From: an uncultured Alphaproteobacteria bacterium
Lineage (GTDB): Bacteria > Pseudomonadota > Alphaproteobacteria > Rhizobiales > Aestuariivirgaceae
Direction: 5' to 3'
Length of the DNA: 64,000 nt
Assembly: GCA_937864985.1 (NCBI GenBank)
Contig: CALMEZ010000194.1
Coordinates: 151 to 64,150 of the forward strand
This document shows, piece after piece, positions 1-11,621 of the stretch; the stretch's first letter is position 1, and each line of letters starts with the position of its first letter. The position numbers and the translations under genes were made by a program. The notes beneath the pieces are model-generated. The model did no database searches, was not told the DNA's origin, and was given only the letters and a program-made list of their open reading frames with translations.

Positions 1-2
1 AC

Positions 3-1130
3 TATGGAAGCGTTTTGGCAGAATTGTCTGAGAACAAGGGCACGTCTCTTGCCCTGCGCCGCAAGCTCGCAGCCAAGGCCTTTGCCCGCACTGCATCCTA
101 CGACGCAGCCATTTCGCGCTGGATGGCCGAGGATGTGAAAGAGCCATTTCCGGCCTACATGGCCATCGGGGGCAAGTTGCACCAATCCCTCCGCTATGGC
201 GAAAATCCGCACCAGCAGGCGGCAGCCTATGCTGTTCAGGATGGCCGCATCGGCGTTCTGGCGGCGCGTCAGGTGCAGGGCAAGGAGCTGTCCTACAACA
301 ACATCAACGATGCTGATGCCGCGCTGGAAGCGATCAGTGAATTTGATGGAGCCGAAGGCCCGGCTTGCGTCATCGTCAAGCACGCAAACCCCTGTGGTGT
401 TGCGCTTGGAAGCACCCTGATGAAAGCGTACGGCAAGGCATTGTCTTGCGATCCCGTGTCAGCTTTCGGCGGCATTCTCGCTTTCAACCAGAAGCTTGAT
501 GGCAAAACGGCAGAGGACATTGGCAAGCTCTTTACCGAAGTCATTATTGCACCGGGTGCGGACGAAGACGCCTTGAGCATCCTGGCCACAAAGAGGAATC
601 TCAGGCTGCTGCTGCTTCCGGCCATGCCGGACCCCGCGCAGTCCGGGTATTTTGCCAAGACCATCGCAGGCGGACTGTTGGTGCAATCACGCGATGCCCG
701 GACCATGGATGAAGCGTCTCTTCGCGTTGTATCAAAGCGTCAGCCAACGCCAGAGGAAATGCGCGACCTTCGCTTTGCCTGGACCGTTGCCAAGCACGTC
801 AAGTCCAACGCCATCGTCTTTGCCCGCAATGGCATGACCACGGGCATCGGCGCCGGACAAATGTCGCGCATTGATTCAACGCGGATTGCAGTGTCGAAGA
901 GCCTTGATGCTGCCCGCGCGGCGGGTGGCTCAGAGCCCTGGGCCAAAGGTTCTGTGCTGGCCTCTGACGCATTCTTTCCTTTTGCCGACGGCATCGAAGC
1001 AGCGGCAGACGCAGGCGCAACAGCCATCATTCAACCCGGCGGGGCCATGCGCGACGATGATGTGATAAAATGCGCGAATGAACGCGGGCTGGCCATGGTC
1101 TTCACCGGCTTGCGGCACTTCAGGCACTGA
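3..1130 (+). CDS. purH: Bifunctional AICAR transformylase/IMP cyclohydrolase (5' end outside window)
   Basis: Motifs [44 protein letters not shown] and C-terminal RHFRH; the frame is open to the window edge. Confidence 0.97.
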   Translation, partial: YGSVLAELSENKGTSLALRRKLAAKAFARTASYDAAISRWMAEDVKEPFPAYMAIGGKLHQSLRYGENPHQQAAAYAVQDGRIGVLAARQVQGKELSYNNINDADAALEAISEFDGAEGPACVIVKHANPCGVALGSTLMKAYGKALSCDPVSAFGGILAFNQKLDGKTAEDIGKLFTEVIIAPGADEDALSILATKRNLRLLLLPAMPDPAQSGYFAKTIAGGLLVQSRDARTMDEASLRVVSKRQPTPEEMRDLRFAWTVAKHVKSNAIVFARNGMTTGIGAGQMSRIDSTRIAVSKSLDAARAAGGSEPWAKGSVLASDAFFPFADGIEAAADAGATAIIQPGGAMRDDDVIKCANERGLAMVFTGLRHFRH

Positions 1131-1136
1131 CGGCCA

Positions 1137-2069
1137 ATGCCGCAGCAGCTTGCTTACATTGTCCAACAGCTTCTCAATGTTGCGCAACTCGCAGGCTTCT
1201 ATCTGCCGCTGGCCCTGGCCTTTGCCATCATGCAGGCAACGACACGGCGCATTTTCCTGGGCCTTGGCGAAGTGGCGATGTTTGCATCGTTCGCCGCCAT
1301 TTATATGTGCTTTGCCGGCCTGCTGCGTGGGGAAGACGATATTGCCTCTGCGCTTGAAGCCTTGGCGCTTGCCATTGCATGCGGTGCGGCACTCGGATTT
1401 GCCATTGCCCGGGTGGCGCTGGGCAAAAGCCTGCAGGCATCGCCTCTTGCCTTCATGATCGCCTCCATTGGCTTTGCCATTGCCATGTCCGAGACGATGC
1501 GCGTGGCAACAGGTGCCAAGGACATCTGGGTGCCACCCCTGTTTTCCGGGCAGGTGGTTGCAGCCGTCGGCGGTGACTTTCCCATTCAGGTTTCGGCCAT
1601 CGCTGCACTTGGAATTGCCATTGGCACGGCAGCGATCATCATCGCGGCAGTCATATTGAAATGGACGCGGTTTGGCTTGGTCTGGCGGGCTTGTTGCCAG
1701 TCACAGAAACTCGCAAGCCTCGGTGGTATTGACTCGAGTGTGATCTCTGCCTTGGCTTTCGCATTGGCAGGCGGCCTGGCAGGCGTGACGGGCTGGACAT
1801 CGGCCATTGTCTATGGCGGGGCCAATTTTTCAGTCGGCATGATGATTGGATTCAAAGCCATGTTTGCCTCGGTGATTGGCGGATTCGGCACCTTACGCGG
1901 CGCAATAATGGGCGCAGTCGCCCTGTCGTTTCTGGAGGTGGCCTGGTCTGCCACTTTTTCCACGGCCTATCGGGACGTGGCCGTTTTTGCCATCATGGTG
2001 CTGGCGCTGGTGATCCGGCCTGAAGGTTTGCTGGGAGCGCAAGACATGCGGGAGAGTGAAGAGTGGTGA
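1137..2069 (+). CDS. Branched-chain amino acid ABC transporter permease (LivH-like)
   Basis: Highly hydrophobic 310 aa; TRFG..WRA and VIGGFG..GA motifs, C-terminal RPEGLLG. Confidence 0.85.
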   Translation: MPQQLAYIVQQLLNVAQLAGFYLPLALAFAIMQATTRRIFLGLGEVAMFASFAAIYMCFAGLLRGEDDIASALEALALAIACGAALGFAIARVALGKSLQASPLAFMIASIGFAIAMSETMRVATGAKDIWVPPLFSGQVVAAVGGDFPIQVSAIAALGIAIGTAAIIIAAVILKWTRFGLVWRACCQSQKLASLGGIDSSVISALAFALAGGLAGVTGWTSAIVYGGANFSVGMMIGFKAMFASVIGGFGTLRGAIMGAVALSFLEVAWSATFSTAYRDVAVFAIMVLALVIRPEGLLGAQDMRESEEW

Positions 2070-2533
2070 ACAGGCGGCTTTTGATGTGTGCGCCACTGAT
2101 GCTTCTTGGCGGTTGTGGCGATGACACGCCAAAGAAGAAGCTGAAAATTGCAGGCGGCGGACTTGTGTTCAATTACCGCTATTCAAAGGCCAACCTCGTC
2201 ATCGTTGCCCAAACAACCACCACTCTGCCGGAAGGAGGAACGGTCGAGGCCTTGTTCGACAAACCTGGCACAACTGAGCGCGAGCGCGTGAGTGAACAGG
2301 TTTTTCCCGGTAAGCTGACATATAAACTCGAAAGCAGCCCGATGTTCGGCATCAAGAAGGGCGACATTTTCAAGGTGACGCTGCGGCTGGTGGATGCCCA
2401 TGGACTGGAAATGGAGCGCGAGGAAACACAATTCAAATCTGATGAAGACCAGTCGACCTTGCCTTCGAAGCCGCTGGTTGACCCGTCAAAACCCAACTAC
2501 GTGCCGCAACTTGAAAACCTGAACCAACCCTAG
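2063..2533 (+). CDS. Hypothetical lipoprotein
   Basis: N-terminal RR plus hydrophobic stretch and lipobox LLGGC; overlaps the upstream stop. Confidence 0.65.
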   Translation: MVNRRLLMCAPLMLLGGCGDDTPKKKLKIAGGGLVFNYRYSKANLVIVAQTTTTLPEGGTVEALFDKPGTTERERVSEQVFPGKLTYKLESSPMFGIKKGDIFKVTLRLVDAHGLEMEREETQFKSDEDQSTLPSKPLVDPSKPNYVPQLENLNQP

Positions 2534-2994
2534 AGTTGGGTGAAACTGCGTGAGCGGTTGAACAGGTTTCGCACGCCATCCAACTCGCGCACTGAGGTGC
2601 CGAGTTTTTCCGAGAGCGCCTTCATAACGGCATCACCAAATTCGGGATATTCACTCACAACACGCAGGAACAGCGCCCGGTCGATACGCGCCGTAGACAC
2701 CGGCGACTCTGCCACAGCAGTCAATGAATACTGAGTGTTGCCAATCATCGCCAATTCACCCAGAAACGCACCAGGCTCAGCAAGGCCGATGGCCTTGGTG
2801 CCCTGCTTCAGTGTGGCGTTGCCCTGCAAAATGAAGTAGGCCGCCTTGGCCCGGGTTCCCTCGGAAATCAATGTCTCACCAGGGGCAAAAGTTTGCCGCT
2901 CAGCGGCAAAGGCCATGACTTGCAACGGCACAGCTTCGCAGTCCCGAAAAATCGGGATATTGCGCAATGTCTCTGCATCAGCGCGCACGCTCAT
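2530..2994 (-). CDS. Cyclic nucleotide-binding domain protein
   Basis: cNMP fold motifs (F.PGE.L..EG, AYFIL.G, GAFLGELAM); follows the response regulator. Confidence 0.85.
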   Translation of the reverse strand: MSVRADAETLRNIPIFRDCEAVPLQVMAFAAERQTFAPGETLISEGTRAKAAYFILQGNATLKQGTKAIGLAEPGAFLGELAMIGNTQYSLTAVAESPVSTARIDRALFLRVVSEYPEFGDAVMKALSEKLGTSVRELDGVRNLFNRSRSFTQL

Positions 2995-3066
2995 GCATGT
3001 GCTCCTGCTGTCAGTCTCAGATCGTCTCGATTGCCACCCATCTCAGCCTTTTTGACAGGCTTTGAC

Positions 3067-3753
3067 TCAGGGAACAAGCCTGTATCCACCGCCTTCCGTT
3101 ACCAGGATTTCGGCATGCGCGGGGTCACGTTCGATCTTTTGGCGCAAGCGGTAGATATGGGTTTCAAGCGTGTGCGTTGTCACACCTGCGTTGTAGCCCC
3201 AGACATCGGCCAACAGCACATCGCGCGCCACCGCCTGCTCGCCGGAGCGATACAGGAACTTGATGATCGCTGTTTCCTTTTCAGTGAGCCTGACCTTCTT
3301 ATTGTCATCGCGGACCAACGTCTTGGAGGCGGGCTTAAAGGTGTAAGGCCCAACGCGATATTGTGCGTCCTCGCTGTGCTCATGCTGGCGCAGGTGAGAG
3401 CGGATGCGCGCCAGAAGTACGGCAAACCGGAAGGGTTTTACCACATAGTCATTGGCGCCGGAGTCGAGACCAAGGATTACATCGGCATCCGAGCCCTGCC
3501 CCGTCAGCATGATGATGGGGCCTTTGAAGCCATTGCGCCGCATGATCTTGCAAGCCTCGCGCCCGTCCATATCAGGCAGATTGACGTCAAGTACCACGAG
3601 ATTGGCAGGATCAGCCTTCAGGGCTTTGACGCCAAGCGTGGCCGTTGCAACATCTGTCACCACAAATTCATCATGCAGCGACAACTGGTCCTTCAACGTG
3701 CCGCGCAGCACATCATCATCATCAACGATCAGGATTTTCTTTTTGGCGGTCAT
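3067..3753 (-). CDS. cenR: OmpR-family response regulator, CenR/OtpR-like
   Basis: Receiver domain ILIVDDD...LDVNLPD...GANDYVVKPF plus winged helix VWGYNAGVTTHTLETHIYRLRQKIE; start set at ATG 3753. Confidence 0.8.
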   Translation of the reverse strand: MTAKKKILIVDDDDVLRGTLKDQLSLHDEFVVTDVATATLGVKALKADPANLVVLDVNLPDMDGREACKIMRRNGFKGPIIMLTGQGSDADVILGLDSGANDYVVKPFRFAVLLARIRSHLRQHEHSEDAQYRVGPYTFKPASKTLVRDDNKKVRLTEKETAIIKFLYRSGEQAVARDVLLADVWGYNAGVTTHTLETHIYRLRQKIERDPAHAEILVTEGGGYRLVP

Positions 3754-3831
3754 GGCTCTGCTTTCAACGTCACGATGCTTGGGACTTGCAATTTGCCGGT
3801 CCACAATTCAAGACAACTCACCGTGAGCAGA

Positions 3832-4398
3832 ATGGTAACACAACTTCACGTTCGCGCGAGGTCAGAAAATCGGACCAGCGGTATCTTGCTGTGCGGTGGT
3901 GTGGCTTACCCGTGCAAACTGGGCCGCGCCGGGCTTGCACACCTGAAGCGCGAAGGTGACGGAAGGACGCCCGTTGGCGTGTGGCAATTGCGGCAAGGCT
4001 TCTATCGTACCGACAGAATGCAGCGCCCCGTCTCGGGTCTGACCATGCGGGCACTCCAGAAGACGGACGGTTGGTGCGAGGACCCATCATCGGCGCAATA
4101 TAACCGCCATGTCCGCCTACCCTTCGGACCCGGCCATGAAACCATGTGGCGTGCTGATGAAGCATATGACGTGGTCTTTTCCACGAGTCACAACGAATGC
4201 CCGCGCATCCGGAAGGGCGGGAGTGCCATCTTCTTCCACCTCACACGACAAGGTTCCGCGGTGACGGCGGGTTGTGTGGCCGTGTCAGCATCAGATATGC
4301 GCAAGATCTTGGCGCGCTGCGGCCGGAAGGTACAGCTGGTCGTCTGGCCCCTTATGGGTGGGCTTGCTGAGGGGCTTTTGGCCGTTCGCCAAAAATAG
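3832..4398 (+). CDS. L,D-transpeptidase (YkuD-like) family protein
   Basis: KREGDGRTPVG and GSAIFFH...TAGCVA motifs; true start within the long 2893-4398 ORF. Confidence 0.85.
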   Translation: MVTQLHVRARSENRTSGILLCGGVAYPCKLGRAGLAHLKREGDGRTPVGVWQLRQGFYRTDRMQRPVSGLTMRALQKTDGWCEDPSSAQYNRHVRLPFGPGHETMWRADEAYDVVFSTSHNECPRIRKGGSAIFFHLTRQGSAVTAGCVAVSASDMRKILARCGRKVQLVVWPLMGGLAEGLLAVRQK

Positions 4399-5044
4399 CG
4401 CTGCCAACCCGGACCAGCGTCGCCCCTGAGGCGATGGCAGCCGGGTAGTCTCCGCTCATTCCCATGGAAAGCTCGCCCAAGCCCGCATCTTTCGCCAGCG
4501 TGGCGAGGAGCCGGAAATGGCGGGACGGGTCATCTTCAACCGGCGGAATGCACATGAGGCCCGAGATGGACAGGCCATACTGGCCCTGAAGTGTTTTCAG
4601 AAATGCTGGTAGGGCCTCGGGGGCAATACCGGCCTTCTGTGGCTCATGGCCAGTGTTGACCTGGGCGAACAGTTTCGGATTGCGCCCCTGAAGTTTCATT
4701 TCCCGGGATAGCACGGCTGCAATCTTTTCACGGTCGACCGTTTGAATGACATCGAACAGGGCGACTGCCTCACCCGCCTTGTTGCTCTGCAGCGGGCCAA
4801 TCAGGTGCAGTTCAATTCCGGCGTAACGCTTGCGCAAGGCGGGCCATTTCTGTGCCGCTTCCTGAACCCGATTTTCGCCGAAAACCCGCTGGCCAGCCTC
4901 AAGTGCCAGTGCAACTGTTTGCGCATCATGGGTCTTCGAAACGGCTACCAGGGTCACAGAAGCAGGCTTGCGGGCTGCCTGCACCGCCGCGTCTGCTATG
5001 GCGCCCTGCACTTCGGCGAGATGATTGGCAATCGGGTTTGACAT
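4352..5044 (-). CDS. yggS: YggS/PROSC family PLP homeostasis protein
   Basis: [42 protein letters not shown]. Confidence 0.95.
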   Translation of the reverse strand: MSNPIANHLAEVQGAIADAAVQAARKPASVTLVAVSKTHDAQTVALALEAGQRVFGENRVQEAAQKWPALRKRYAGIELHLIGPLQSNKAGEAVALFDVIQTVDREKIAAVLSREMKLQGRNPKLFAQVNTGHEPQKAGIAPEALPAFLKTLQGQYGLSISGLMCIPPVEDDPSRHFRLLATLAKDAGLGELSMGMSGDYPAAIASGATLVRVGSAIFGERPKAPQQAHP

Positions 5045-5128
5045 GGCCGTCTTATGGCCATGCTTGCAGGCCAATTCAAGGACTGGTACGGGATCACTTT
5101 CCCTCTTCAGGCATGGACGAATATCTTG

Positions 5129-7681
5129 GTGACCGAACGTTATAACCACCGCGAAACTGAACCCAAGTGGCAGGCTTTCTGGGAACAGAACCAAAGCTTC
5201 AGGGCGGTCAGGGACGAGGCGCGTCCCAAGTATTACGTGCTCGAGATGTTTCCCTATCCGTCGGGCCGCATCCACATGGGCCACGTGCGCAATTATACCA
5301 TGGGCGATGTCATTGCACGCTTCCGCCGGGCCAGTGGCTATAACGTGCTGCACCCCATGGGTTGGGACGCCTTCGGCATGCCGGCCGAAAATGCGGCCAT
5401 TGAACGCGGCGTTCATCCGAAAGGCTGGACCTATGCCAACATCGCCACGATGAAGGCCCAGCTGAAATCCATGGGTCTCGCCATTGACTGGTCGCGCGAA
5501 ATTGCCACCTGTGATCCGTCTTACTACAAACATGAGCAGGCGATGTTCATCGACTTCATGGACAAGGGTCTCGTGGAGCGGCGCACATCCCAGGTGAATT
5601 GGGATCCCGTTGACCACACGGTGCTGGCCAATGAGCAGGTGATTGACGGCAAGGGCTGGCGTTCTGGAGCTGTTGTAGAAAAGCGTGAACTTGCCCAGTG
5701 GTTCCTCAAGATCACCAATTACTCCGACGATCTGCTGTCATCGCTCGACCGGCTGACGACCTGGCCGGAAAAAGTCCGGTTGATGCAGAAGAACTGGATT
5801 GGTCGATCAGAGGGAATGCGGTTTTCATTCGATTTGGAAGACGAGGCCGGCCAACTCCTCAAAGACAAGCTAAGTGTTTACACAACGCGACACGACACCA
5901 TTTTCGGCGCAAGCTTCTGCGCATTGTCTGCTGATCACCCCATGGTCAAGTCGCTGGAGGCTGATAGTCCAGCGATTGCAACCTTCCGCAAGGAAGTGGC
6001 GGCACTGGGCACGAGCGAAGAAAACATTGAGCGTGCTGAAAAGAAGGGCGTGCCGCTTGGCATCTACGCCAGGCACCCGTTCCGGGCTGGGGTGCGTGTA
6101 CCACTTTATGCCGCAAACTTTGTTTTGATGGGCTACGGTGAAGGGGCGATTTTTGGCTGCCCGGGCCATGACCAGCGCGACTGGGACTTTGCAACCAAAT
6201 ATGGTCTGCCGATCTTGCCGGTGGTTGGCCCACGAGACGGTGCTGCCGTTGATGTGTCGCAGGGCCCATATCTGGAAGATGACGCCAGCAAGGTACACAT
6301 CATCAATTCTGATTTCCTGAATGGTCTTTCGGTTGAGGACGCCAAGTCCGAAATTGCCAATCGCATGGAGGAAATGAAGATTGGTGAGCGCCGTGTCAAT
6401 TTCCGCCTGCGTGACTGGGGCGTGTCACGGCAGCGCTATTGGGGTTGCCCCATTCCGGTCATTCACTGCGAGACATGCGGTGTTGTTCCGGTGCCAAAGA
6501 AGGATCTTCCGGTGACGCTTCCGGAAGACGTGACATTCGACAAGCCTGGCAATCCGCTGTCGCATCACCCCACGTGGAAGCACGTCAATTGCCCAAAGTG
6601 TGGTGGCAAGGCCCAGCGCGAAACAGACACTTTCGATACATTCATTGATTCATCTTGGTATTTTGCGCGCTTTTGTTCACCAGCCGCGCCAATGCCTGTC
6701 GATCCTTCCGACGCCAGGTACTGGATGGGTGTTGACCAATATATCGGCGGTATCGAGCATGCCATTCTGCACCTGCTCTATTCGCGCTTCTTTGCGCGTG
6801 CCATGCGCGATACCGGGCATCTTGGCATGGATGAACCGTTCAACGCCCTGTTCACGCAGGGCATGGTAACCCACGAGACTTTCAAGACACTGGAAGGCGA
6901 ATGGGTGGTTCCGGCTGAAGCAGTCGAGATGGATGGAAAATGGACCCACGCCAAGACGGGTGAACCATTGGTCGTCGGCGACATCGAAAAAATGTCGAAA
7001 TCCAAAAAGAATGTAGTCGATCCCGATGACATCATCGCGACCTATGGTGCCGATACGGCGCGCTGGTTCATGTTGTCAGACACACCGCCTGAACGCGACA
7101 TTGAATGGACGACATCCGGCGTTGAAGGGGCATGGCGTTTTGTTCAGCGCATCTGGCGTCTGGTCCAGGAGGCGGCTTCTGCCACTGGCAGTGCAGACGG
7201 AACTTCCTTGCGTCGGACCACCCACAAGGCCATTGCCGCGGTCACTGATGATCTGGAGAACCTGCGCTTCAACCGCGCCATCGCGCGCATCTATGAATTG
7301 TCGAACGCCTTGGGCGCTGGCTTGCAGGGTGGCACCGATGCTGCTGCCGTTTCCGAAGCGGCGAAGGCACTTGTGCTGCTGTCTGCGCCAATGATGCCGC
7401 ATCTTGCTGAGGAATGCTGGAAGGTGCTCGGTGTGGAAGGCACCGTAGTCGGAACGCCTTGGCCCAAGGCCGATCCGAAACTTGTCATTGACGATCAAGT
7501 TACCATGGCCATCCAGATCAATGGTAAGCGGCGTGACGAAATCACTGTTGCCAAAGGGCTGACGAAGGATCAACTTGAACCCGTTGTCATGGCGTTGGAG
7601 TCAGTTAAGCGCTTGCTTGACGGTAAGCCTATTAAGAAGTTCATTGTTGTCCCCGACAGGATCATCAACATCGTATGCTGA
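5129..7681 (+). CDS. leuS: Leucine--tRNA ligase
   Basis: [13 protein letters not shown] (HIGH), [20 protein letters not shown]; start probably GTG 5129. Confidence 0.98.
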   Translation: MTERYNHRETEPKWQAFWEQNQSFRAVRDEARPKYYVLEMFPYPSGRIHMGHVRNYTMGDVIARFRRASGYNVLHPMGWDAFGMPAENAAIERGVHPKGWTYANIATMKAQLKSMGLAIDWSREIATCDPSYYKHEQAMFIDFMDKGLVERRTSQVNWDPVDHTVLANEQVIDGKGWRSGAVVEKRELAQWFLKITNYSDDLLSSLDRLTTWPEKVRLMQKNWIGRSEGMRFSFDLEDEAGQLLKDKLSVYTTRHDTIFGASFCALSADHPMVKSLEADSPAIATFRKEVAALGTSEENIERAEKKGVPLGIYARHPFRAGVRVPLYAANFVLMGYGEGAIFGCPGHDQRDWDFATKYGLPILPVVGPRDGAAVDVSQGPYLEDDASKVHIINSDFLNGLSVEDAKSEIANRMEEMKIGERRVNFRLRDWGVSRQRYWGCPIPVIHCETCGVVPVPKKDLPVTLPEDVTFDKPGNPLSHHPTWKHVNCPKCGGKAQRETDTFDTFIDSSWYFARFCSPAAPMPVDPSDARYWMGVDQYIGGIEHAILHLLYSRFFARAMRDTGHLGMDEPFNALFTQGMVTHETFKTLEGEWVVPAEAVEMDGKWTHAKTGEPLVVGDIEKMSKSKKNVVDPDDIIATYGADTARWFMLSDTPPERDIEWTTSGVEGAWRFVQRIWRLVQEAASATGSADGTSLRRTTHKAIAAVTDDLENLRFNRAIARIYELSNALGAGLQGGTDAAAVSEAAKALVLLSAPMMPHLAEECWKVLGVEGTVVGTPWPKADPKLVIDDQVTMAIQINGKRRDEITVAKGLTKDQLEPVVMALESVKRLLDGKPIKKFIVVPDRIINIVC

Positions 7682-8184
7682 GACGGTTATTCCAACTTTT
7701 TCTTGTGCTGGCCGCCTTCACGCCGCTTTTGGCCGCTTGCAGCTATCGCCCGCTTTATGGAAGTAACTCCGCGGGGCGCAACGTTGTAGCAGCATTGTCT
7801 CAGATTGCCGTGGAAGAGCAGAAGACCCGGGCAGGTCAGCTGGTGCGCAACGAATTGATATCTTCATTGGGTCGAGGTGGAGGAGAAAGTCGCTTTGTCC
7901 TGCATTTATTGCCTTCGGAATCTGTGACATCTGTGTCTTCAATTTCGACTGAGAAACTTTATCGCAAACGTTACAGGCTTTCTGTAAAATACGCGTTGTC
8001 CGATGCCAAAACAGGTGAAACTGTTACGGGCGGTGTCAGTTTTTCAAACGTTTCTTATGACACTGTTGAGCAACCCCTTGCTGACCTTCAAGCGGCCGAC
8101 AATGCTCAACTGCGGGCGGCTCAAGAAGTGTCTGAGGATATCCGCACCAGGCTTGCAGCATTTTTGTCTGCTGGCCAGACCTAG
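7675..8184 (+). CDS. lptE: LPS assembly lipoprotein LptE
   Basis: Lipobox [11 protein letters not shown]; conserved leuS-lptE-holA synteny. Confidence 0.85.
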   Translation: MLRRLFQLFLVLAAFTPLLAACSYRPLYGSNSAGRNVVAALSQIAVEEQKTRAGQLVRNELISSLGRGGGESRFVLHLLPSESVTSVSSISTEKLYRKRYRLSVKYALSDAKTGETVTGGVSFSNVSYDTVEQPLADLQAADNAQLRAAQEVSEDIRTRLAAFLSAGQT

Positions 8185-8189
8185 GTTTC

Positions 8190-9209
8190 ATGGCCACCGT
8201 AACTGACAGTGAACTTGTGTCGGCTGTTGCCAAGCGCCATGCATCGCTGAATGGGATTTTGTTGTTTGGGACGGAAGAGGCCAGTATTTCCGCTGCCGCT
8301 CGACAGGTGCTGGCCGCCCTCAAATTGGAAGATGAACCGACTCGATTGATATCTTCTGCTTTGCGCAACGACGCTGGAATGTTGGATAGTGCCTTCAAGT
8401 CGTTGTCATTGTTGGGTGGGCGCCAATCGATCATTGTTGAAGGTTGCGAAGAAGCGCACTTGGGATGGTTGCTGCCCGTCATTGAGGAGCCGGAGACCTG
8501 TAATTTTGTGGTCATGACAGCGGGGTCTTTGAACAAGGCATCCAAGCTGCGAACAGCGGCCACAGCAAGCAGCCGTTTTTTGACCTGCGGATTCTACGAG
8601 GAGACTGAGGCGTCTATCATAGTCCGTATACGGAGTAAAGTTGCAACTCATGGGTTGATTTTTGCCGAGGGAGCGGCTGAGCGGTTTGTTGCATTGGTCG
8701 GCACTGATCGCGGAATTGTTGAAGCGGAACTGGAAAAGCTTTTCACCTACGCTGCTGGTGCGAAAGAAATTGCAATCGCTGATGTTGAGGCAAGTTGCGG
8801 GGACCAGGCTTCCTTTGATTTTGACAAGTTGATCGACGCCGTCCTCTCAGGTCAGCTTGAAGAAACTGACAGGATCTTTGAAAGCTTGCGCGCTGATGGG
8901 GAATGGAAGCAGGCTCTCATCATGGTGCAGATGCACCTGGCACGTCTTGAAGCCGTGCGAAGTGCACTCGACCGGGGTGAGAATCTTGAGTCTGCATTCC
9001 GCGCCGCGAAGCCGCCAATATTCTTTGGACAGCAAAAGACTGTTGGCCGTCAGATGAAGACCTTCTCCCTGGCAGCTCTGGTCAATGCCCAGTCAGTTAT
9101 TCAGCAGGCGATCCTGCAATCACGTCAACTTGGCGACCTCGCCGAAGTCATAACTGGCCGCACCTTGCTCTCTCTGGCCAGAACCAGTCGGCAACTCGTG
9201 GCGGCTTGA
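8190..9209 (+). CDS. holA: DNA polymerase III subunit delta
   Basis: LLFG.E, SLSLLGG, ELEKL and PPIFF motifs; synteny. Confidence 0.9.
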   Translation: MATVTDSELVSAVAKRHASLNGILLFGTEEASISAAARQVLAALKLEDEPTRLISSALRNDAGMLDSAFKSLSLLGGRQSIIVEGCEEAHLGWLLPVIEEPETCNFVVMTAGSLNKASKLRTAATASSRFLTCGFYEETEASIIVRIRSKVATHGLIFAEGAAERFVALVGTDRGIVEAELEKLFTYAAGAKEIAIADVEASCGDQASFDFDKLIDAVLSGQLEETDRIFESLRADGEWKQALIMVQMHLARLEAVRSALDRGENLESAFRAAKPPIFFGQQKTVGRQMKTFSLAALVNAQSVIQQAILQSRQLGDLAEVITGRTLLSLARTSRQLVAA

Positions 9210-9210
9210 A

Positions 9211-10098
9211 TCACGCCTTGCTGAGGCGGTGAGCAACAAGATCGAGTTGATCAAGCGACTTGTAGGTGATGACAATCTGACCACCGGGGCCCTTGTGATT
9301 GATGGTGACGGTCAATCCAAGTGCAGAACCGAGGGTTTTTTCCAATTGGCGGGTGTCGGCGTCTTTTTCTGGCTTGGCTGATTTCGTTTCAGGCGCCGGC
9401 TTCTTTCGGGTCAGGTCTTCGGCCTGGCGCACAGAAAGACCCAACTTGATGATTTGCTGCGCGATCCCTTCAGGATTGTCCGTCGCCACGAGAGTACGTG
9501 CATGGCCGGCAGACAACTTGCCACTTTCAATTTGCGTGAGCACCGCCTCAGGAAGTGTGGTCAGCCGCATGGTGTTGGCGATGTGACTGCGGCTCTTGCC
9601 GATGACGTCGGCCAGTTGCTGCTGTGTGTAGGAATACTGATCCTGCAGCATCTTGTAGGCGCGCGCTTCTTCAAGCGGGTTCAGGTCGCTGCGCTGGACG
9701 TTTTCGATGATGGCGATTTCGAGTGTTTCGCGATCATCCAATTCGCGCACCAGTGTCGGCACCGTGTGCAAGCCGGCTTGCTGTGCTGCCCGCCAGCGAC
9801 GCTCACCAGCCACGATCTCATATTCACCACCGTCAAGCGGTCTGACCATAATGGGTTGCAGAAGGCCTTTGGCCTTGAGCGAATTGGCGAGTGATTCAAT
9901 TTCTTCCGGATTGAATGTCCGGCGGGGATTGGATGGATTTGCCTTAAGTAGCTCAATCGGGAGGAACCTCAAGCCCTGCCCGTCTGAAGCTGACGAGCCC
10001 AGCGCTTGCGTTTCGGATGGTGCAGAATGAATGGGCACGTCATCCCCGATCAAGGCGGCTAGCCCTCGGCCCAGTCGGCGTTTTGGGAGTGCGTTCAT
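9211..10098 (-). CDS. parB: Chromosome partitioning protein ParB
   Basis: LGRGL N-terminus, GLLQPI, IVAGERRWRAA, IIENVQRSDLNPLEEA. Confidence 0.97.
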   Translation of the reverse strand: MNALPKRRLGRGLAALIGDDVPIHSAPSETQALGSSASDGQGLRFLPIELLKANPSNPRRTFNPEEIESLANSLKAKGLLQPIMVRPLDGGEYEIVAGERRWRAAQQAGLHTVPTLVRELDDRETLEIAIIENVQRSDLNPLEEARAYKMLQDQYSYTQQQLADVIGKSRSHIANTMRLTTLPEAVLTQIESGKLSAGHARTLVATDNPEGIAQQIIKLGLSVRQAEDLTRKKPAPETKSAKPEKDADTRQLEKTLGSALGLTVTINHKGPGGQIVITYKSLDQLDLVAHRLSKA

Positions 10099-10159
10099 GA
10101 TGTTCCCCGGATAACCTGATTCTGTTTCGGAAGCGAATCGACAGGCTTTTGGCCTGTCT

Positions 10160-10978
10160 TTACGCCGCCTTCAAGTCCCGCTCGCGGCGGATGACTTCGG
10201 ACGCAAGATGGATATAGGCCTGAGACCCCACGCAGGAATGATCATAGAGGAGTACCGGCGTGCCATGAGAGGGGGCTTCCGAAACCCGAACATTTCGTGG
10301 AATGACTGTTTGGTAGACCTTTTCGCCCAAGACACTGCGTACGTCCTGGGCCACCTGTTCTGAAAGACTGTTGCGCTTGTCAAACATGGTCAAGACCACG
10401 CCTTGAATGGTGAGTTTCGGATTGAGCGTGGTCTTCACCCGTTCTACCGTTTTCAAGAGCTGGCTGAGTCCTTCCAATGCAAAAAACTCACATTGCAGCG
10501 GCACCAATATGGCATCTGCAGCGGTTAGCGAGTTGATGGTCAGCAGGTTCAGTGATGGCGGACAATCAACGAGGATATAGGTGTAGCGGTGCTTGTCGCC
10601 GGGTAGGGCTACCAACTGTTTGATCGCATCCGAAAGACGGTACGTCTTGCGATCGAGTTCTGCCAATTCCAACTCCGCGCCGAGCAGATCAATTGTGGCT
10701 GGCGAACAGTTAAGGCGAGGGATACCGCTCTCGACGATGACCTCATCCAAAGAGGCTTCGCCGATGAGAACGTGATAGGATGACTTCTGGTTCGCGTAGC
10801 GGGTAATTCCGAGACCTGTGCTGGCATTACCCTGCGGGTCAAGATCAATAACCAGCACCCGCTCACCAACGGCCGCAAGTGCAGTTCCGAGATTGATGGC
10901 TGTGGTCGTCTTGCCGACACCACCTTTTTGGTTTGCGACCGCCAGAATGCGGCAGGAGGAAGCTTTAAACTCAGACAC
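10160..10978 (-). CDS. parA: Chromosome partitioning ATPase ParA
   Basis: ANQKGGVGKTT, DLDPQGN, DCPPSL, PLQCEFFALEG. Confidence 0.97.
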   Translation of the reverse strand: MSEFKASSCRILAVANQKGGVGKTTTAINLGTALAAVGERVLVIDLDPQGNASTGLGITRYANQKSSYHVLIGEASLDEVIVESGIPRLNCSPATIDLLGAELELAELDRKTYRLSDAIKQLVALPGDKHRYTYILVDCPPSLNLLTINSLTAADAILVPLQCEFFALEGLSQLLKTVERVKTTLNPKLTIQGVVLTMFDKRNSLSEQVAQDVRSVLGEKVYQTVIPRNVRVSEAPSHGTPVLLYDHSCVGSQAYIHLASEVIRRERDLKAA

Positions 10979-11621
10979 GGTACGCCTCTCTGACCTCCAG
11001 GATTACGGCTGACGAATCAGTCAGGCTGGAGTGTCTTTCCGCTTTGATTTTCCAGTATTTGGACGCTTCGGTCAATTCAGCATCGCAATCAGCACCCTTG
11101 TGGAAGAAGGCTTTTGCACCATTTTTCAGGAACGGTTCGGCAAGCTGCAAGAGCTCACGCAGGGGCGCCAATGCCCTGGCTGTGACCACCTCGATCTGTG
11201 GCAATACCTTCACTGCCGACAAGTTCTCCAAACGGTGATTATGGATCGTCACCTTGCACCGACCAATCCGACCAGCCTCCCGCAGGAATGCTGCTTTCTT
11301 GGCAATAGACTCATACAGATGAAACTCTGCGCCGCTTGCAATGGCCAGCGGAATGGCGGGAAATCCTCCGCCGGAGCCAAGGTCCGCAATCAAACGGGTA
11401 GCAGGCGGTAACAGTGGCAGCAGCTGGAGGCTGTCGATCACATGCCGGGCCCAGATTTGTGGGAGGCTGTTGGGCGATACCAGGTTTGTGCGTTGTTGCC
11501 ATTGTACCAGAAGGGCGACAAATTCCTCGATCCGGCTCCATGATTCACGTGAAACACCAAGTGCGAACATCGATTCAATCTCGCCCGGGGTAGGACGAGG
11601 GATGAGATTCTCAGGCGGCAT
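10971..11621 (-). CDS. rsmG: 16S rRNA m7G527 methyltransferase
   Basis: [24 protein letters not shown]; lies between mnmG and parA. Confidence 0.93.
   Translation of the reverse strand: MPPENLIPRPTPGEIESMFALGVSRESWSRIEEFVALLVQWQQRTNLVSPNSLPQIWARHVIDSLQLLPLLPPATRLIADLGSGGGFPAIPLAIASGAEFHLYESIAKKAAFLREAGRIGRCKVTIHNHRLENLSAVKVLPQIEVVTARALAPLRELLQLAEPFLKNGAKAFFHKGADCDAELTEASKYWKIKAERHSSLTDSSAVILEVREAYRV
11541..11556. promoter_or_regulatory. parS site (one mismatch) inside rsmG
   Basis: TGATTCACGTGAAACA versus consensus TGTTTCACGTGAAACA. Confidence 0.85.

Noticed and set aside
2893-3831. N-terminal 313 aa of the 501-aa plus-strand ORF
   Set aside because: It is the antisense shadow of the response regulator; only the part from 3832 has L,D-transpeptidase motifs
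5045-5617. N-terminal extension of the 421-aa yggS ORF
   Set aside because: It is antisense to leuS; YggS similarity starts at ATG 5044
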